From Patescibacteria group bacterium (GTDB taxonomy: Bacteria > Patescibacteriota > Minisyncoccia > Phycocordibacterales > UBA1550): a DNA stretch of 61,235 nucleotides. The stretch is from positions 12,035-73,269 of the forward strand of contig JBBTUT010000010.1 in the NCBI GenBank assembly GCA_038063615.1, read 5' to 3'. Made by a program: the position numbers and the translations under genes. The first letter of the stretch is position 1; each line of letters begins with the position of its first letter. The notes below the pieces were generated by a model. It made no database searches. It was not told the origin of the DNA and saw only the letters and a list, made by a program, of their open reading frames with translations. Of this stretch, positions 11,148 through 20,728 are shown piece by piece.

Positions 11148-11771
11148 CTATGCGCTAAACCCAGTAATCATCAAGAACAAAAAGCTGGAAATAGGCCATA
11201 TAATGTATTGCGCGAAAAAGAGGACAAAAACGATAAAAATGAGCCAGTTATGTTCCAAATAATCGTGGATGTGCTGAAAACGGTACGGCAAAAAGGCAAA
11301 AAGGACTTTTGCACCGTCAAGCGGAGGAAACGGGATCATATTGAACACGGCGAGGGCTATATTGAGGAAAACAATAGCTCCCAGCATATCAAAAAACGGA
11401 CCGGATGGGATTCCGAGGATATCTTGATAACGAATCATCAAGCCGAAAACGACCGCGATGGCAAGGTTTGAGAGTGCTCCCGCCGCCCCGACGAAAATAG
11501 TCCCCCATTTAAAATTCTTTAAATTATAGGGGTTGTACGGCACCGGCTTTGCCCACCCAAAAGCGAAATGACCGCCGGAACCGAGGAGCATCAGGGCGGG
11601 AAGAATAATGGAGCCAAACGGATCGATGTGGCTGGCAGGGTTGAGCGTCAGCCGTCCCGCGAGGCGCGCGGTCGGGTCGCCCATTATTTCCGCGGCAAAA
11701 CCATGAGCAATCTCATGAATAATGACCGAAAATATGAGTATGGCGAGAAAAAAGAGTGTTTCGACTTGCAT
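11148..11771 (-). CDS. Peptidase M50 / site-2 protease family membrane metalloprotease
   Basis: HEIAHG (HExxH) in first TM, NMIPFPPLDGAKV second motif; start taken at MQVETLFF. Confidence 0.85.
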   Translation of the reverse strand: MQVETLFFLAILIFSVIIHEIAHGFAAEIMGDPTARLAGRLTLNPASHIDPFGSIILPALMLLGSGGHFAFGWAKPVPYNPYNLKNFKWGTIFVGAAGALSNLAIAVVFGLMIRYQDILGIPSGPFFDMLGAIVFLNIALAVFNMIPFPPLDGAKVLFAFLPYRFQHIHDYLEHNWLIFIVFVLFFAQYIIWPISSFLFLMITGFSA

Positions 11772-11908
11772 AGCGCGTTCGCGCAAGTGGAAAGTGGAAA
11801 GTTAAAAGTCATAAAGTCACGGGGACAGGGTGCTTCTATATTTTCACTCAAACTTGCAAAATTACTAATGTATGATACCATACAAAAACTAAACAAGAAA
11901 TAAATCAT

Positions 11909-12115
11909 ATGGCAAAATCCTGTCCAACCTGTGGCAAAGGAACGATCATGACCGGTCGCTACTCCAACCGCGTCCGCGCAACCAAGTTTAACCCTACGGG
12001 AGTGACCCGCAAATACCCAAATCTCCAATGGGCGCCTCTTTCCGACGGCTCTCGCATCAAGATCTGTACTAAATGCATGAAAGTAGGGAAGCATCTCGCA
12101 ATCAAGTTTGTATAG
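11909..12115 (+). CDS. rpmB: 50S ribosomal protein L28 (Cys-containing form)
   Basis: 68 aa; MAKSCPTCGKG..G...S...RATK....PNLQ pattern of L28; CxxC...CxxC. Confidence 0.8.
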   Translation: MAKSCPTCGKGTIMTGRYSNRVRATKFNPTGVTRKYPNLQWAPLSDGSRIKICTKCMKVGKHLAIKFV

Positions 12116-12126
12116 CTAAAACAACT

Positions 12127-12150
12127 AATACCCGCCATATGGCGGGTTTA
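12127..12150 (+). terminator. Intrinsic terminator after rpmB
   Basis: aatacccgcc-atat-ggcgggttta. Confidence 0.7.
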
Positions 12151-13011
12151 GTTTATACGCAAATCACTCCCGTCTGTTTTGAAAACAATATTTCCCTGTC
12201 CAAGAGTGCTGAGAAACGGGATTTTGAATTCGGTGAGGAGGTCGGTGACTTCTTTGTGCGGATGACCGTATTTATTGTCTTTGCCTGCGGAAATTATTGC
12301 GTATTCAGGATCGACTGCCGAGAGAAATATGCGGGAGCTTGAGGTATACGAGCCGTGATGTCCGAGCTTGAGGACGGTGGTATGCAGGGTGCCACCATTT
12401 TTTCCGACGAGATACTGCTCCACCCCTTGTGGCGAGTCGCCCGTAAAGAGGAAGGATTTCTCGCCATACGAGAGGCGCGCGACAATGGATGCGGTGTTGG
12501 TATCCCATCCGGAGGCGTTTCGGTTGGGAAATAATACCTCAAGCGCGATGCCCTCATCGAGAATAATGCGTTCGCCCGCGCGGGCGAGGAATCGCGCCGG
12601 GCGCTTTTCGAGGATTGCCTTTTCAAATGCGCCGTACGCTCCCGTATCTGAAGTATTTTCGGTAGTGACGACGCTGGCGACATTCATGCGGTCGATGACA
12701 GCAGGCAAACCTCCCACATGATCTTGGTCGGGATGCGTGGCAAGGACGAGGTCGATGGATCGGTCATAAAACGGCATCACACGGCCAAGCGCGCGGAGGA
12801 CCACACCACTCGATGGTCCGCCGTCGATGAGCATCTGGTTCCCATTCGGCGCTTCGATGTAAATAGCGTCGCCCTGCCCAACATCGAGAAACGCAACCGT
12901 CAGTTCGCCATGACGGTCTGCGCGCAAGGTTGCCGACCAGATGAAAATATTTATTATTACAAAAATTGCAACGAGTGCGTATTGCAGGTTTCGCTTCGAA
13001 AAACTCAACAT
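12148..13011 (-). CDS. ComEC-type metallo-beta-lactamase domain protein (stand-alone, TM-anchored)
   Basis: 287 aa; LDVGQGDAIYIE, THPDQDHVGG, KLGHHGS motifs as in the C-terminal domain of ComEC/Rec2. Confidence 0.85.
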   Translation of the reverse strand: MLSFSKRNLQYALVAIFVIINIFIWSATLRADRHGELTVAFLDVGQGDAIYIEAPNGNQMLIDGGPSSGVVLRALGRVMPFYDRSIDLVLATHPDQDHVGGLPAVIDRMNVASVVTTENTSDTGAYGAFEKAILEKRPARFLARAGERIILDEGIALEVLFPNRNASGWDTNTASIVARLSYGEKSFLFTGDSPQGVEQYLVGKNGGTLHTTVLKLGHHGSYTSSSRIFLSAVDPEYAIISAGKDNKYGHPHKEVTDLLTEFKIPFLSTLGQGNIVFKTDGSDLRIN

Positions 13012-13039
13012 ACTAATATGGTACCATGCTCCGTCTCAC

Positions 13040-13095
13040 GCAACCCACTGTCATATAAGAGACGCTATAGCGTCTCTTATATGACAGTGGGTTGC
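13040..13095. repeat. 56-bp perfect palindrome (28+28), family ACTGTCATATAA(A)AGA
   Basis: gcaacccactgtcatataagagacgcta|tagcgtctcttatatgacagtgggttgc in the divergent spacer between the MBL gene and dedA. Confidence 0.9.
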
Positions 13096-13130
13096 GACAA
13101 TAGTGAGCTTCGCCATGCTAATATATCAGA

Positions 13131-13721
13131 ATGACTGACATTGCCATCGAATCACTTATCCAAGGCGGGAGTTACTTCGCAATTTTTCTTCTGATGATAG
13201 CGAATGGCGCCGTGTCTTTTCCGTCGAGCCAAGTGCTCTACATTATTGCGGGATACTTCATCGCGCGTGGAGACCTTGTGCTCATTCCCGTCGCTCTTGC
13301 GGGCGCACTCGGCAACACCGCCGGCAACATCATCCTCTACGAGCTCGCACGCGCGCACGGTCGCACATTCATCGCACGAATGAAAATCTTTCCTCTGCGC
13401 GAACTCGCAAAAGTTGAACACGCATTCAAGAAAAAAGGAGCGTGGTTTATTTTCATCGGAAAACTTTTGCCCGCGATAAAAGTTTTTGTCCCCATCCCCG
13501 CAGGTCTCGGAAAAATGTCGCGCCCGCTTTTTGCGATCCTAATGTTCGTCGCATCATTCATCTGGTCGCTCGCGTTCATCGCCATCGGATATTTCTTCGG
13601 CAAGTCGTCCGACCTCTTTGGCCGCTATGCGATCATCCTCGCCATCATCGCCGCAGTCGTCATCCTCCTCTTCTACCGATACATCAACAGCACCGAGGTT
13701 ATGCGCGAGATCGAAGATTAA
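13131..13721 (+). CDS. dedA: DedA/SNARE-associated family membrane protein
   Basis: 196 aa; typical DedA layout (FPSSQVLYIIAGY..., GKLLPAIKVFVPIPAG). Confidence 0.85.
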   Translation: MTDIAIESLIQGGSYFAIFLLMIANGAVSFPSSQVLYIIAGYFIARGDLVLIPVALAGALGNTAGNIILYELARAHGRTFIARMKIFPLRELAKVEHAFKKKGAWFIFIGKLLPAIKVFVPIPAGLGKMSRPLFAILMFVASFIWSLAFIAIGYFFGKSSDLFGRYAIILAIIAAVVILLFYRYINSTEVMREIED

Positions 13722-15286
13722 AATTCATACTCTGATTTTTCTTCTGCCGCCTCATGTGGAAAATTTTTCGCAATATAAAATCCGAGGAGCGCGTATGCGA
13801 TGGCGATGGCGCCGAACGGAAATGAAATACCGTGGAGTGATGCAAATGGTACGCGCACAAAAAATTCTACCGCAAGGACGATGTACGCGAGCATCAGGTA
13901 CGCGCAAAATGCAAAGACGCTACTGACAAGCGGTACCCATGCGAGCGTCGCAGTGAAGGCGACTGCGAGCATGGCGAAAGGCACGACCGGAAGAATAAAA
14001 ATATTTGAGATGAGACCGATGAGCGACACGCTCCCCATGTGATAGAGAATGAGTGGCAGGACAAAAATCTGTGTGGCAAAAGTGGTGACCACGATCTCTC
14101 GCAATACGCGCGAAGAGACAAAAAAGAAATATTTTTCGATGACGGGCACGAGGACAACGAGCGCGAGTGTCGCAGAAAATGAAAGCTGAAACGACACATC
14201 ATGGAGGAGGATCATCGGGTTCACAAAAACCATCAGCCCGCCGGCGAGCACGAGTGCGCGAAGCGCGTCGCCTTCGCGCCCCAGCACGCGCGCAAGAATA
14301 ATGATGAGCGCCATAATAGTCGCGCGCACAACGGTCGCCCCTCCGCCGACCATCAACGCGAAAAGAATAACGCCGATGGCACTCGCGCCGAGGCGGAGCG
14401 TAAACGGCACAAACAAACCGACCCGTGAAATGATACCGGCGATAACGGCGATATTGTATCCCGACAAGACCACGATATGCGCGACACCGGTGTCTCGGAA
14501 TTTTTGCAAGAGCTCATCGCCTAGAGATTGTTTTACACCGAGGGTTATCCCGCCGGCGAGCGATGCCTCGGGCTCGGGTATCATTCGTACGATATTCCCC
14601 ATAAGCCATGTTTTCAGTGCAAATAATTTCTCTAAAATAATATTCCCTTTGCCGTGTGAAACGAGTGTCACTTTCGGAAAATACATTTGATAGTAGATGT
14701 CATCCTTTGCGAGGTATGCTTGATAGTCAAAATCTTTTGCTCCGTCTTTTGATGCAAAATTTTTAGGTGGAGTGATCTTTCCATCTACCGTCACTTCATC
14801 GCCATAGCGAAGCACCGGATACACGGGGACGCGCACGAGAATGTTGGAAGTTTTCTCAAGGACAACTTGATTTTCACCGTATAGGACACTATTTATTTCA
14901 CGTCCAAGGTGGCGTCCAAGATGTGAACCTGCTGGTTCAGCCTCTGCTGACCCTAGGACAATATTTGTATATTCCTCTCGGACATCGGGCTCGTTTTTAA
15001 TAATTCCTGAGACACTTACGGTGTCACCGAGAAATTTGTTTAGTGTATGCGCATTTTGTTTCGACAGAGAATAATCGACGCGCAAAATGCCGAGAGCGCA
15101 TCCGAGCAATACGAGTGAAACAATACAACTGCCTGCACCGCGCGACCCGTTCCTCCGCGCAAGGAATATTATTACCGCAAGAAACGCGCACAAAATACCG
15201 AAAGAGTATCCAAAATTAAAAAAACTTTCGAGCGCAATGCCAACAATGAAACTAATACTGAAACCAAAAAAATATTCAGAGAGCAT
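13718..15286 (-). CDS. comEC: ComEC/Rec2 DNA-uptake channel protein (membrane part, no MBL domain)
   Basis: about 522 aa from MLSEYFFG; N-terminal OB/DUF4131-like part and multi-TM competence domain (GVAHIVVLSGYNIAVI). Confidence 0.85.
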   Translation of the reverse strand: MLSEYFFGFSISFIVGIALESFFNFGYSFGILCAFLAVIIFLARRNGSRGAGSCIVSLVLLGCALGILRVDYSLSKQNAHTLNKFLGDTVSVSGIIKNEPDVREEYTNIVLGSAEAEPAGSHLGRHLGREINSVLYGENQVVLEKTSNILVRVPVYPVLRYGDEVTVDGKITPPKNFASKDGAKDFDYQAYLAKDDIYYQMYFPKVTLVSHGKGNIILEKLFALKTWLMGNIVRMIPEPEASLAGGITLGVKQSLGDELLQKFRDTGVAHIVVLSGYNIAVIAGIISRVGLFVPFTLRLGASAIGVILFALMVGGGATVVRATIMALIIILARVLGREGDALRALVLAGGLMVFVNPMILLHDVSFQLSFSATLALVVLVPVIEKYFFFVSSRVLREIVVTTFATQIFVLPLILYHMGSVSLIGLISNIFILPVVPFAMLAVAFTATLAWVPLVSSVFAFCAYLMLAYIVLAVEFFVRVPFASLHGISFPFGAIAIAYALLGFYIAKNFPHEAAEEKSEYEF

Positions 15287-15288
15287 AA

Positions 15289-16029
15289 CTATCGGACACC
15301 CCACTCCTTGATGATCGCGCGCTCATCGTCCGCGCTCACCGCTTTTTTAAATTTCGTGCCCTTCACTCCTTTCACGCGTCTTTCACACTCTGCCCATGTC
15401 GTGTGACGCATGAGCTTGCCACCGACCAAACTCAAATACGAATACGCTTTCATTTTTTGTCGCGCTTTTTCTTCTGGTGACTTTTTTGATTTCGTACTTA
15501 CCACCGTCACCTCGAGACTTTCAAGGTCGACATCGTACTCCGCGCGTGCACCGCTAAAAAGTTTTGGCCGTTTGCCGTCGGCATAGTCCGTCGCGATGAT
15601 ATCTGCGCGTTCATTTCCCGGAATACCGGAGTGCCCCGGCGTGTACCGCCACAAGATCTTCGACCCGCTCATCTTCACATCAGAGAGTGCCATTGCGAGC
15701 GCCTCCCACAGATCGCGATTGAGCACATCTTCTTTCTTGCTATTCTTCCAGCCATTTCTTTCCCACCCCGCGATCCACTTTGTAATGCCGTTGATGACAT
15801 AGCTCGAGTCCGCGCGCATATCGACAGCAAACGCACTGCCTAAATCACGCACAAAAGAAAGTCCCGCGATCGCCGCCGAGAGCTCCATCCTATTGTTCGT
15901 CGTATGATTCTCTCCGCCGCCGAGCTCCTTCACTTTTCCTTCCCAAGCAATGATCGTTCCCCATCCTCCGGGACCGGGGTTACCTCGCGATGAGCCGTCT
16001 GTGTAGATAATTATTTCAGGAAGTTTCAT
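15289..16029 (-). CDS. rnhA: Ribonuclease HI with C-terminal hybrid-binding-like domain
   Basis: IYTDGSSRGNPGPGGWG, MELSAAI, DSSYVINGI, GHSGIPGNERAD; C-terminal YSYLSLVGG..HTTWAECERRVKGVKGTKFKK resembles the RNase H1 HBD. Confidence 0.9.
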   Translation of the reverse strand: MKLPEIIIYTDGSSRGNPGPGGWGTIIAWEGKVKELGGGENHTTNNRMELSAAIAGLSFVRDLGSAFAVDMRADSSYVINGITKWIAGWERNGWKNSKKEDVLNRDLWEALAMALSDVKMSGSKILWRYTPGHSGIPGNERADIIATDYADGKRPKLFSGARAEYDVDLESLEVTVVSTKSKKSPEEKARQKMKAYSYLSLVGGKLMRHTTWAECERRVKGVKGTKFKKAVSADDERAIIKEWGVR

Positions 16030-16038
16030 TTAGTTAGT

Positions 16039-17727
16039 CTACACTTTTTTAATTACCTCCACAATTCGGAGTCTCAGCTCGCGCTTGTCGCGAAAGGTGT
16101 TCACCTCGATCGTCGCGACTAAATTGATGGGGTCTCCTACAACGAGCTTTTTGTATTTTTCATCATCTGCAAAAAACAAGATCGCTTTCACCGATGAACC
16201 TTCAAACGAAAGTTCAAGATGATTTTTCTCTTTCCCGAAATATCGCACGGTAGCAAGTTTCACATTTTCAAAAAGAAATACCGGTTTCGGATTACCGATT
16301 CCAAACGGCGCAAACTTTTCTATCTGTTTCCAATTGACCCAATTCACCTCCACGAGAGAAATCGTTGCCTCCACCTTTTGCTCGCCTTCTTCTTTTTCTT
16401 TTCGCACGGCTTGATACACACTCACGAGCTCGTCTTCAAGTGTGTGGATGAAGTCGCTCGAAACAGAGAAACCTCCCGCGAACTCGTGCCCGCCGATCGA
16501 CGCAAACACTCCATCGCGCACCGAGGTCATCAGTAGGACAACATTCACCGTGCCGTCCGAACGACACGAACCTTTGATGCATCCGCTCTCCGTGCGACCC
16601 CACACAAAAACCGGTCGCGCATACGCCTCAGACAAATTCGCCGCGACGAGTCCCGCGAGTCCCGGCTTCCACAGAGGATTGCCGATTACCACCACTTCGC
16701 GAAGTCCGCGCATGTCGAGATGTTTGCGCGCCTCTTTCACCATGCTCGCAACGAGTCCCTTGCGCGCGTCATTCAAGTGCACCAACTTGTCCGCATACTC
16801 ATCCGCCGCTTCTCGAGTCGCGGATGAGAGCAGTCGAAACGCGTCCATCGGGTCTCCCATTCTGCTCGCCGCATTGAGGCGCGGACCGATCATAAAACCG
16901 ATATCGTCTTCAGTAATATTTTTTGGCGGAAGATCCATCTTGCCGAGGAGAGCGAGAATGCCAGGGCGGCGCGATTTGCGGAGGACCATCAATCCGTAGT
17001 GCGCGAGTGCGCGATTTTCATTGCGAAGCGGTACCATGTCGGCGATGGTCGAAAGCCCCGTCATGTCGAGGAGCCACTTTTCCCAACCGAGTGGCACGCC
17101 CCACGATTCCCCGCGTTTCACCAAAAGCGCCGAAACAAGTTTCCATACCACCGCCGCCCCGCAGAGCATCGAGTCGTGATAGGTGTCCCCCGCTTGTTTT
17201 GAATTCACGATCACATATGCGCGAGGCAAAATATCGGGAGGAAGATGATGGTCGGTAATGACCACATCCATACCAAGAGATTCCGCATGCGCGACCTCGG
17301 CAATATCAGAAATCCCACAATCAATAGTGATGAGGAGCGTCGCCCCGCGAGACGCAAGGAGATCGATTGCTTCACTATTCAACCCATACCCCTCACTGTT
17401 GCGATGCGGAATATACACTTCAAAATTTTCATACCCGATCTTTTTCAAAAAGTCGTGGAAGATCACCGCCCCAGGAATCCCATCGCAGTCATAGTCCGCA
17501 AAAATAGCGATGCGCTCGCCCGTATCAATAGCACTCAAAATCCGCTCAACCGCTTTCTCCATATTGAGTATCCCAAACGGGTCCCGCACATCCCGCGCAA
17601 AATCCGGATACAAAAAATGCTCCGCATCCGCCGCATTGGTAATCCCACGATTTTTGAGAAGCGTCTGAACGAGTGGCGGGTAGGTTGAGAGGTCAGCTGA
17701 CATAAAGCGCATTGTAGCATACGCCAA
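16039..17727 (-). CDS. recJ: Single-stranded-DNA-specific exonuclease RecJ
   Basis: 562 aa; DYDCDGIPG, VITDHH (DHH) and DHHA1 region; exact start uncertain. Confidence 0.92.
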   Translation of the reverse strand: MAYATMRFMSADLSTYPPLVQTLLKNRGITNAADAEHFLYPDFARDVRDPFGILNMEKAVERILSAIDTGERIAIFADYDCDGIPGAVIFHDFLKKIGYENFEVYIPHRNSEGYGLNSEAIDLLASRGATLLITIDCGISDIAEVAHAESLGMDVVITDHHLPPDILPRAYVIVNSKQAGDTYHDSMLCGAAVVWKLVSALLVKRGESWGVPLGWEKWLLDMTGLSTIADMVPLRNENRALAHYGLMVLRKSRRPGILALLGKMDLPPKNITEDDIGFMIGPRLNAASRMGDPMDAFRLLSSATREAADEYADKLVHLNDARKGLVASMVKEARKHLDMRGLREVVVIGNPLWKPGLAGLVAANLSEAYARPVFVWGRTESGCIKGSCRSDGTVNVVLLMTSVRDGVFASIGGHEFAGGFSVSSDFIHTLEDELVSVYQAVRKEKEEGEQKVEATISLVEVNWVNWKQIEKFAPFGIGNPKPVFLFENVKLATVRYFGKEKNHLELSFEGSSVKAILFFADDEKYKKLVVGDPINLVATIEVNTFRDKRELRLRIVEVIKKV

Positions 17728-17781
17728 AAAACTAAGGGCGGGCCTTGAGAACCAGTATTTAAGACCCGCTCTTAGTTTTTT
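17726..17781. repeat. REP-like hairpin, family AAAACTAAGG...CCTTAGTTTT (copy 1)
   Basis: aaaaaactaagggcgggcctt...taagacccgctcttagtttttt in the divergent recJ/HIT spacer. Confidence 0.7.
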
Positions 17782-17800
17782 GGTGTATACTATCTTTCAT

Positions 17801-18211
17801 ATGAACACCTGCCTCTTCTGCAAAATCATCGCCGGGGAAATTCCCACGCAAAAAGTTTACGAGGACGAACACACGCTCGCCTTTTTAGACATTCACCCCG
17901 TCAACATCGGACACACCCTCGTCATCCCGAAAGTGCATCACACCAATCTATACGACACCCCTGACGAAACACTCGCGCACATAATGACCGTGGTAAAAAA
18001 ACTTTCCATCGCAATAAAGAGTGCGATGAATGCCGACGGCATCAACATCGAAATGAACAACGACCCCGTCGCCGGCCAAATCATCTTCCACACCCACCTC
18101 CACATCGTCCCCCGCTTCGAGGGTGACGGCTTCAAGCACTGGCACGGGGCGCGAGACTACCACGAAGGAGAAAGCACTGAGGTGGCACAAAAAATTTCTG
18201 CAGCACTATAA
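17801..18211 (+). CDS. HIT-family (histidine triad) protein
   Basis: MNTCLFCKIIAGEIP..., HTHLHIVPR triad. Confidence 0.92.
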   Translation: MNTCLFCKIIAGEIPTQKVYEDEHTLAFLDIHPVNIGHTLVIPKVHHTNLYDTPDETLAHIMTVVKKLSIAIKSAMNADGINIEMNNDPVAGQIIFHTHLHIVPRFEGDGFKHWHGARDYHEGESTEVAQKISAAL

Positions 18212-18247
18212 AAACACCAAGATTAAACCTTGATATTTTTTATCGCG

Positions 18248-18943
18248 CTATATTTCGCCTGCTTTTATTTTTCTTATTCTTTCTTCCCTTCGCTCGACAT
18301 TAAGTTCAATAATTTCTTTAGCAATTTCTTGTGGGGTACCTGAAATAGAAAACTTATCTTTAATTTTTTCATAACTATTTTCCCAATTTCTCGCTATAGC
18401 TATAAGGTAACCTCTTTTTACGCTTTCTTGAATAATGGGTTCAGATTTAACTTTTTCAATAAGTGACGGAAAATCATTAATGATGAGCTCGGCTTCACCT
18501 AGCCATCCACCTTGTGTAGATAGATTTTGTATCAATCTCTCTTTTAATGCTTCTGCAACTTCAGGGTCGTCAACTAACTCATCCTCAGAAATAACAGACA
18601 AACTATAAAGTCTATCCATTTGGTCTATTATGGAATCCCCTTGCAGAGAAGACTCCATCAAAGAAATTACCGCTTTTTTAATTACATCCTTAGAAAGGAC
18701 TTCTCTTGGTAAATTATTTTTCTCCAAAAAACCATTAATCATATCTACATAGGAGCTATCCCGTGGGTTACCTTCGAATTTAGACATTTCAAATTCTTCT
18801 CGTTTTAATGTGTCCCCCTTATAACTCGAAAAGAGTAACTCTCCTGAAAGAATTTTGTCTAATGTTTCCATTAATTGTTTTTGTCCTTCTTTTACTACCT
18901 CCTCCGGCGTATGCTGTTTCGGCTGTTCCATTTTTGGTTCCAT
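18248..18943 (-). CDS. Hypothetical protein (AT-rich segment)
   Basis: 231-aa acidic, helical ORF; no recognisable motif. Confidence 0.55.
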   Translation of the reverse strand: MEPKMEQPKQHTPEEVVKEGQKQLMETLDKILSGELLFSSYKGDTLKREEFEMSKFEGNPRDSSYVDMINGFLEKNNLPREVLSKDVIKKAVISLMESSLQGDSIIDQMDRLYSLSVISEDELVDDPEVAEALKERLIQNLSTQGGWLGEAELIINDFPSLIEKVKSEPIIQESVKRGYLIAIARNWENSYEKIKDKFSISGTPQEIAKEIIELNVERREERIRKIKAGEI

Positions 18944-19080
18944 ATTTTTGATATTAATTACTAAATGACTAATACCTCTAGTATGCCCCCCCCCTAGACC
19001 CTCCTGTCAAGCCCCATACATTTCTCCCACCCCATTATTCCCATCAACGCCCACCCGCCAAGACCACAATACCGACAACC

Positions 19081-19116
19081 GTCATACAAAAAAGGTCATG
19101 ACTTGTTTTGTATGAC
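19081..19116. repeat. Degenerate copy of the GTCATA...TATGAC palindrome family
   Basis: gtcatacaaaaaaggtca|tgacttgttttgtatgac, 2 mismatches; downstream of the PaaX-like gene. Confidence 0.6.
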
Positions 19117-19204
19117 ACCCTTAAAATACATGAGCATAATGCTACTGATATTTTAGTCAATAAACGGATACAAAGAACAAGCAGGGAACAAACGACTTTT
19201 TGCT

Positions 19205-19753
19205 TTAAATTCCGAAATTGCGTTTCACTTTTTCGGCACCATCAATATGAGTCGCCTCGATATAAATAATATTTCTTCTCACCCCAAAGACCTCTCCAAC
19301 AAAATCAATCTCGTCTTTGCATGGATGCGGAAACACAAACACAGACTTCTGAATCGGGTACATTCCAATATCTTTAATCTTAAAACTTATTGCATCTCGG
19401 ACTCGCTTTTTTGTTTGGGGGATGTCGAACATTACAATGCGCCACTTCCCGTCCCACTTCTGCCTTGGGTTGAGTTTTATTTTTTCAAGGTCATACCCAA
19501 GAACCTTCTTTTTCCCTAGTGCCGTAATCTCTACGACATCATGCCCTTTGCGACTAATGACGCGCACCATCTTCTTTTTTTGAAGACCGCAAAGTGCTTG
19601 CCTCACCCGATAACGATCGCGCGAATTTCGTGGTTTAAAGATGTCCACGACTTGTGCCAAATTTGGCATTGCAAAACACAAGACAATAAACCCACCGAGT
19701 GCAAGCCCTTTCAAAATCTCTTTTGCCAACTCTCCTCGTTCGTAATTTTCCAT
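19205..19753 (-). CDS. PaaX-like winged-helix regulator
   Basis: 182 aa from MENYERGE; WDGKWRIVMFDIPQTKKRVRDAISFKIKDIGMYPIQKSVFVFP matches the PaaX middle-domain pattern. Confidence 0.65.
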   Translation of the reverse strand: MENYERGELAKEILKGLALGGFIVLCFAMPNLAQVVDIFKPRNSRDRYRVRQALCGLQKKKMVRVISRKGHDVVEITALGKKKVLGYDLEKIKLNPRQKWDGKWRIVMFDIPQTKKRVRDAISFKIKDIGMYPIQKSVFVFPHPCKDEIDFVGEVFGVRRNIIYIEATHIDGAEKVKRNFGI

Positions 19754-19772
19754 AATGTAATACCTCAAGCAT

Positions 19773-19828
19773 ACCACCTACTGTCATATAAAAGAAGTCA
19801 TGACTTCTTTTATATGACAGTAGGTGGT
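19773..19828. repeat. 56-bp perfect palindrome (28+28), same family as 13040..13095; candidate operator
   Basis: accacctactgtcatataaaagaagtca|tgacttcttttatatgacagtaggtggt, begins 20 nt upstream of the PaaX-like start. Confidence 0.9.
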
Positions 19829-19979
19829 GATAGGTGGAGGGGTGGAGTTGACGCATGTGGCGGAGATTGGATTATGGATAACATTTTTTTGCATCGTGAG
19901 TCTTTAGGTGTATACTATTCCAGAACCCATCTTAAAAAAACAATGTAACAAGATATGTTTTTGAGATTGGTCTACACCT

Positions 19980-20258
19980 ATGGATGCTTTTGCGAAAATG
20001 GATATTTTCTTTTTGGTGACCACCGCCGCGGTCGTTGTGTTTGTGGTGTTTGTGGGGGCACTTCTCTACTATGTGATTCGTACGGCGCGCGATGTGAGCG
20101 AAGTCGTGCGCACCGTGAAAAAAGAAAGTGAGCGATTTGTGAGAGGCACGAGTGCGGCGCGGTGGCAGATGGTGCAGGGTGGTGGGGGTATGGTGCAGAA
20201 AGTCATAGCGTTCGTGCAGTCGTTCGCATCTGCACGCAAAAAGAAATCAGAAAAGTAA
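19980..20258 (+). CDS. Small membrane-anchored protein
   Basis: 92 aa; one N-terminal TM (IFFLVTTAAVVVFVVFVGALLYYVI). Confidence 0.5.
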   Translation: MDAFAKMDIFFLVTTAAVVVFVVFVGALLYYVIRTARDVSEVVRTVKKESERFVRGTSAARWQMVQGGGGMVQKVIAFVQSFASARKKKSEK

Positions 20259-20290
20259 TTTTAGTAATTAATATAACTGGGTACAATCAA

Positions 20291-20668
20291 ATGGCAAAAA
20301 CAAAAACAACGGGGACAGGGGCAGTCGTGGGTGCAGGACTTGCAGCAATCGCGGCATTCGCGGCGGCGGGATATTTTCTCTATGGAAAGGACGGCGCAAA
20401 GAACCGCAAGAAGGTGCGTGGCTGGATGCTCAAAGCAAAAGGTGAGGTGCTTGAGGGCGTGGAGAAATTGAAAGATGTGACCGAGGAACAATACTCGGCA
20501 ATCGTCGACAAGGTAAGCGCAAAGTATGCGGGAGTCAAAAACATCGACCCTGCAGAGCTGGAAGCGATGGTGCGCGAGCTTCGCGGACATTGGAAGAACA
20601 TCAAGAAATCAATTACTCCCGCTCCAAAAAAGAAAGCTAAGAAAGTGACTAAGAAAGTTTCAGCATAG
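20291..20668 (+). CDS. YtxH-like membrane-anchored protein
   Basis: Trimmed to MAKTKTTGTGAVVGAGLAAIAAFAAAGYFLYGKDGAKNRKK; Gly/Ala TM then helical tail. Confidence 0.6.
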   Translation: MAKTKTTGTGAVVGAGLAAIAAFAAAGYFLYGKDGAKNRKKVRGWMLKAKGEVLEGVEKLKDVTEEQYSAIVDKVSAKYAGVKNIDPAELEAMVRELRGHWKNIKKSITPAPKKKAKKVTKKVSA

Positions 20669-20677
20669 TGCTGAGAG

Positions 20678-20715
20678 AAAAAACTCCCGACCTCTTCAAG
20701 AGGTCGGGAGTTTTT
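20678..20715. terminator. Bidirectional intrinsic terminator
   Basis: aaaaaactcccgacctc-ttcaa-gaggtcgggagttttt between convergent genes. Confidence 0.85.
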
Positions 20716-20728
20716 ATTTTTATTAGTC

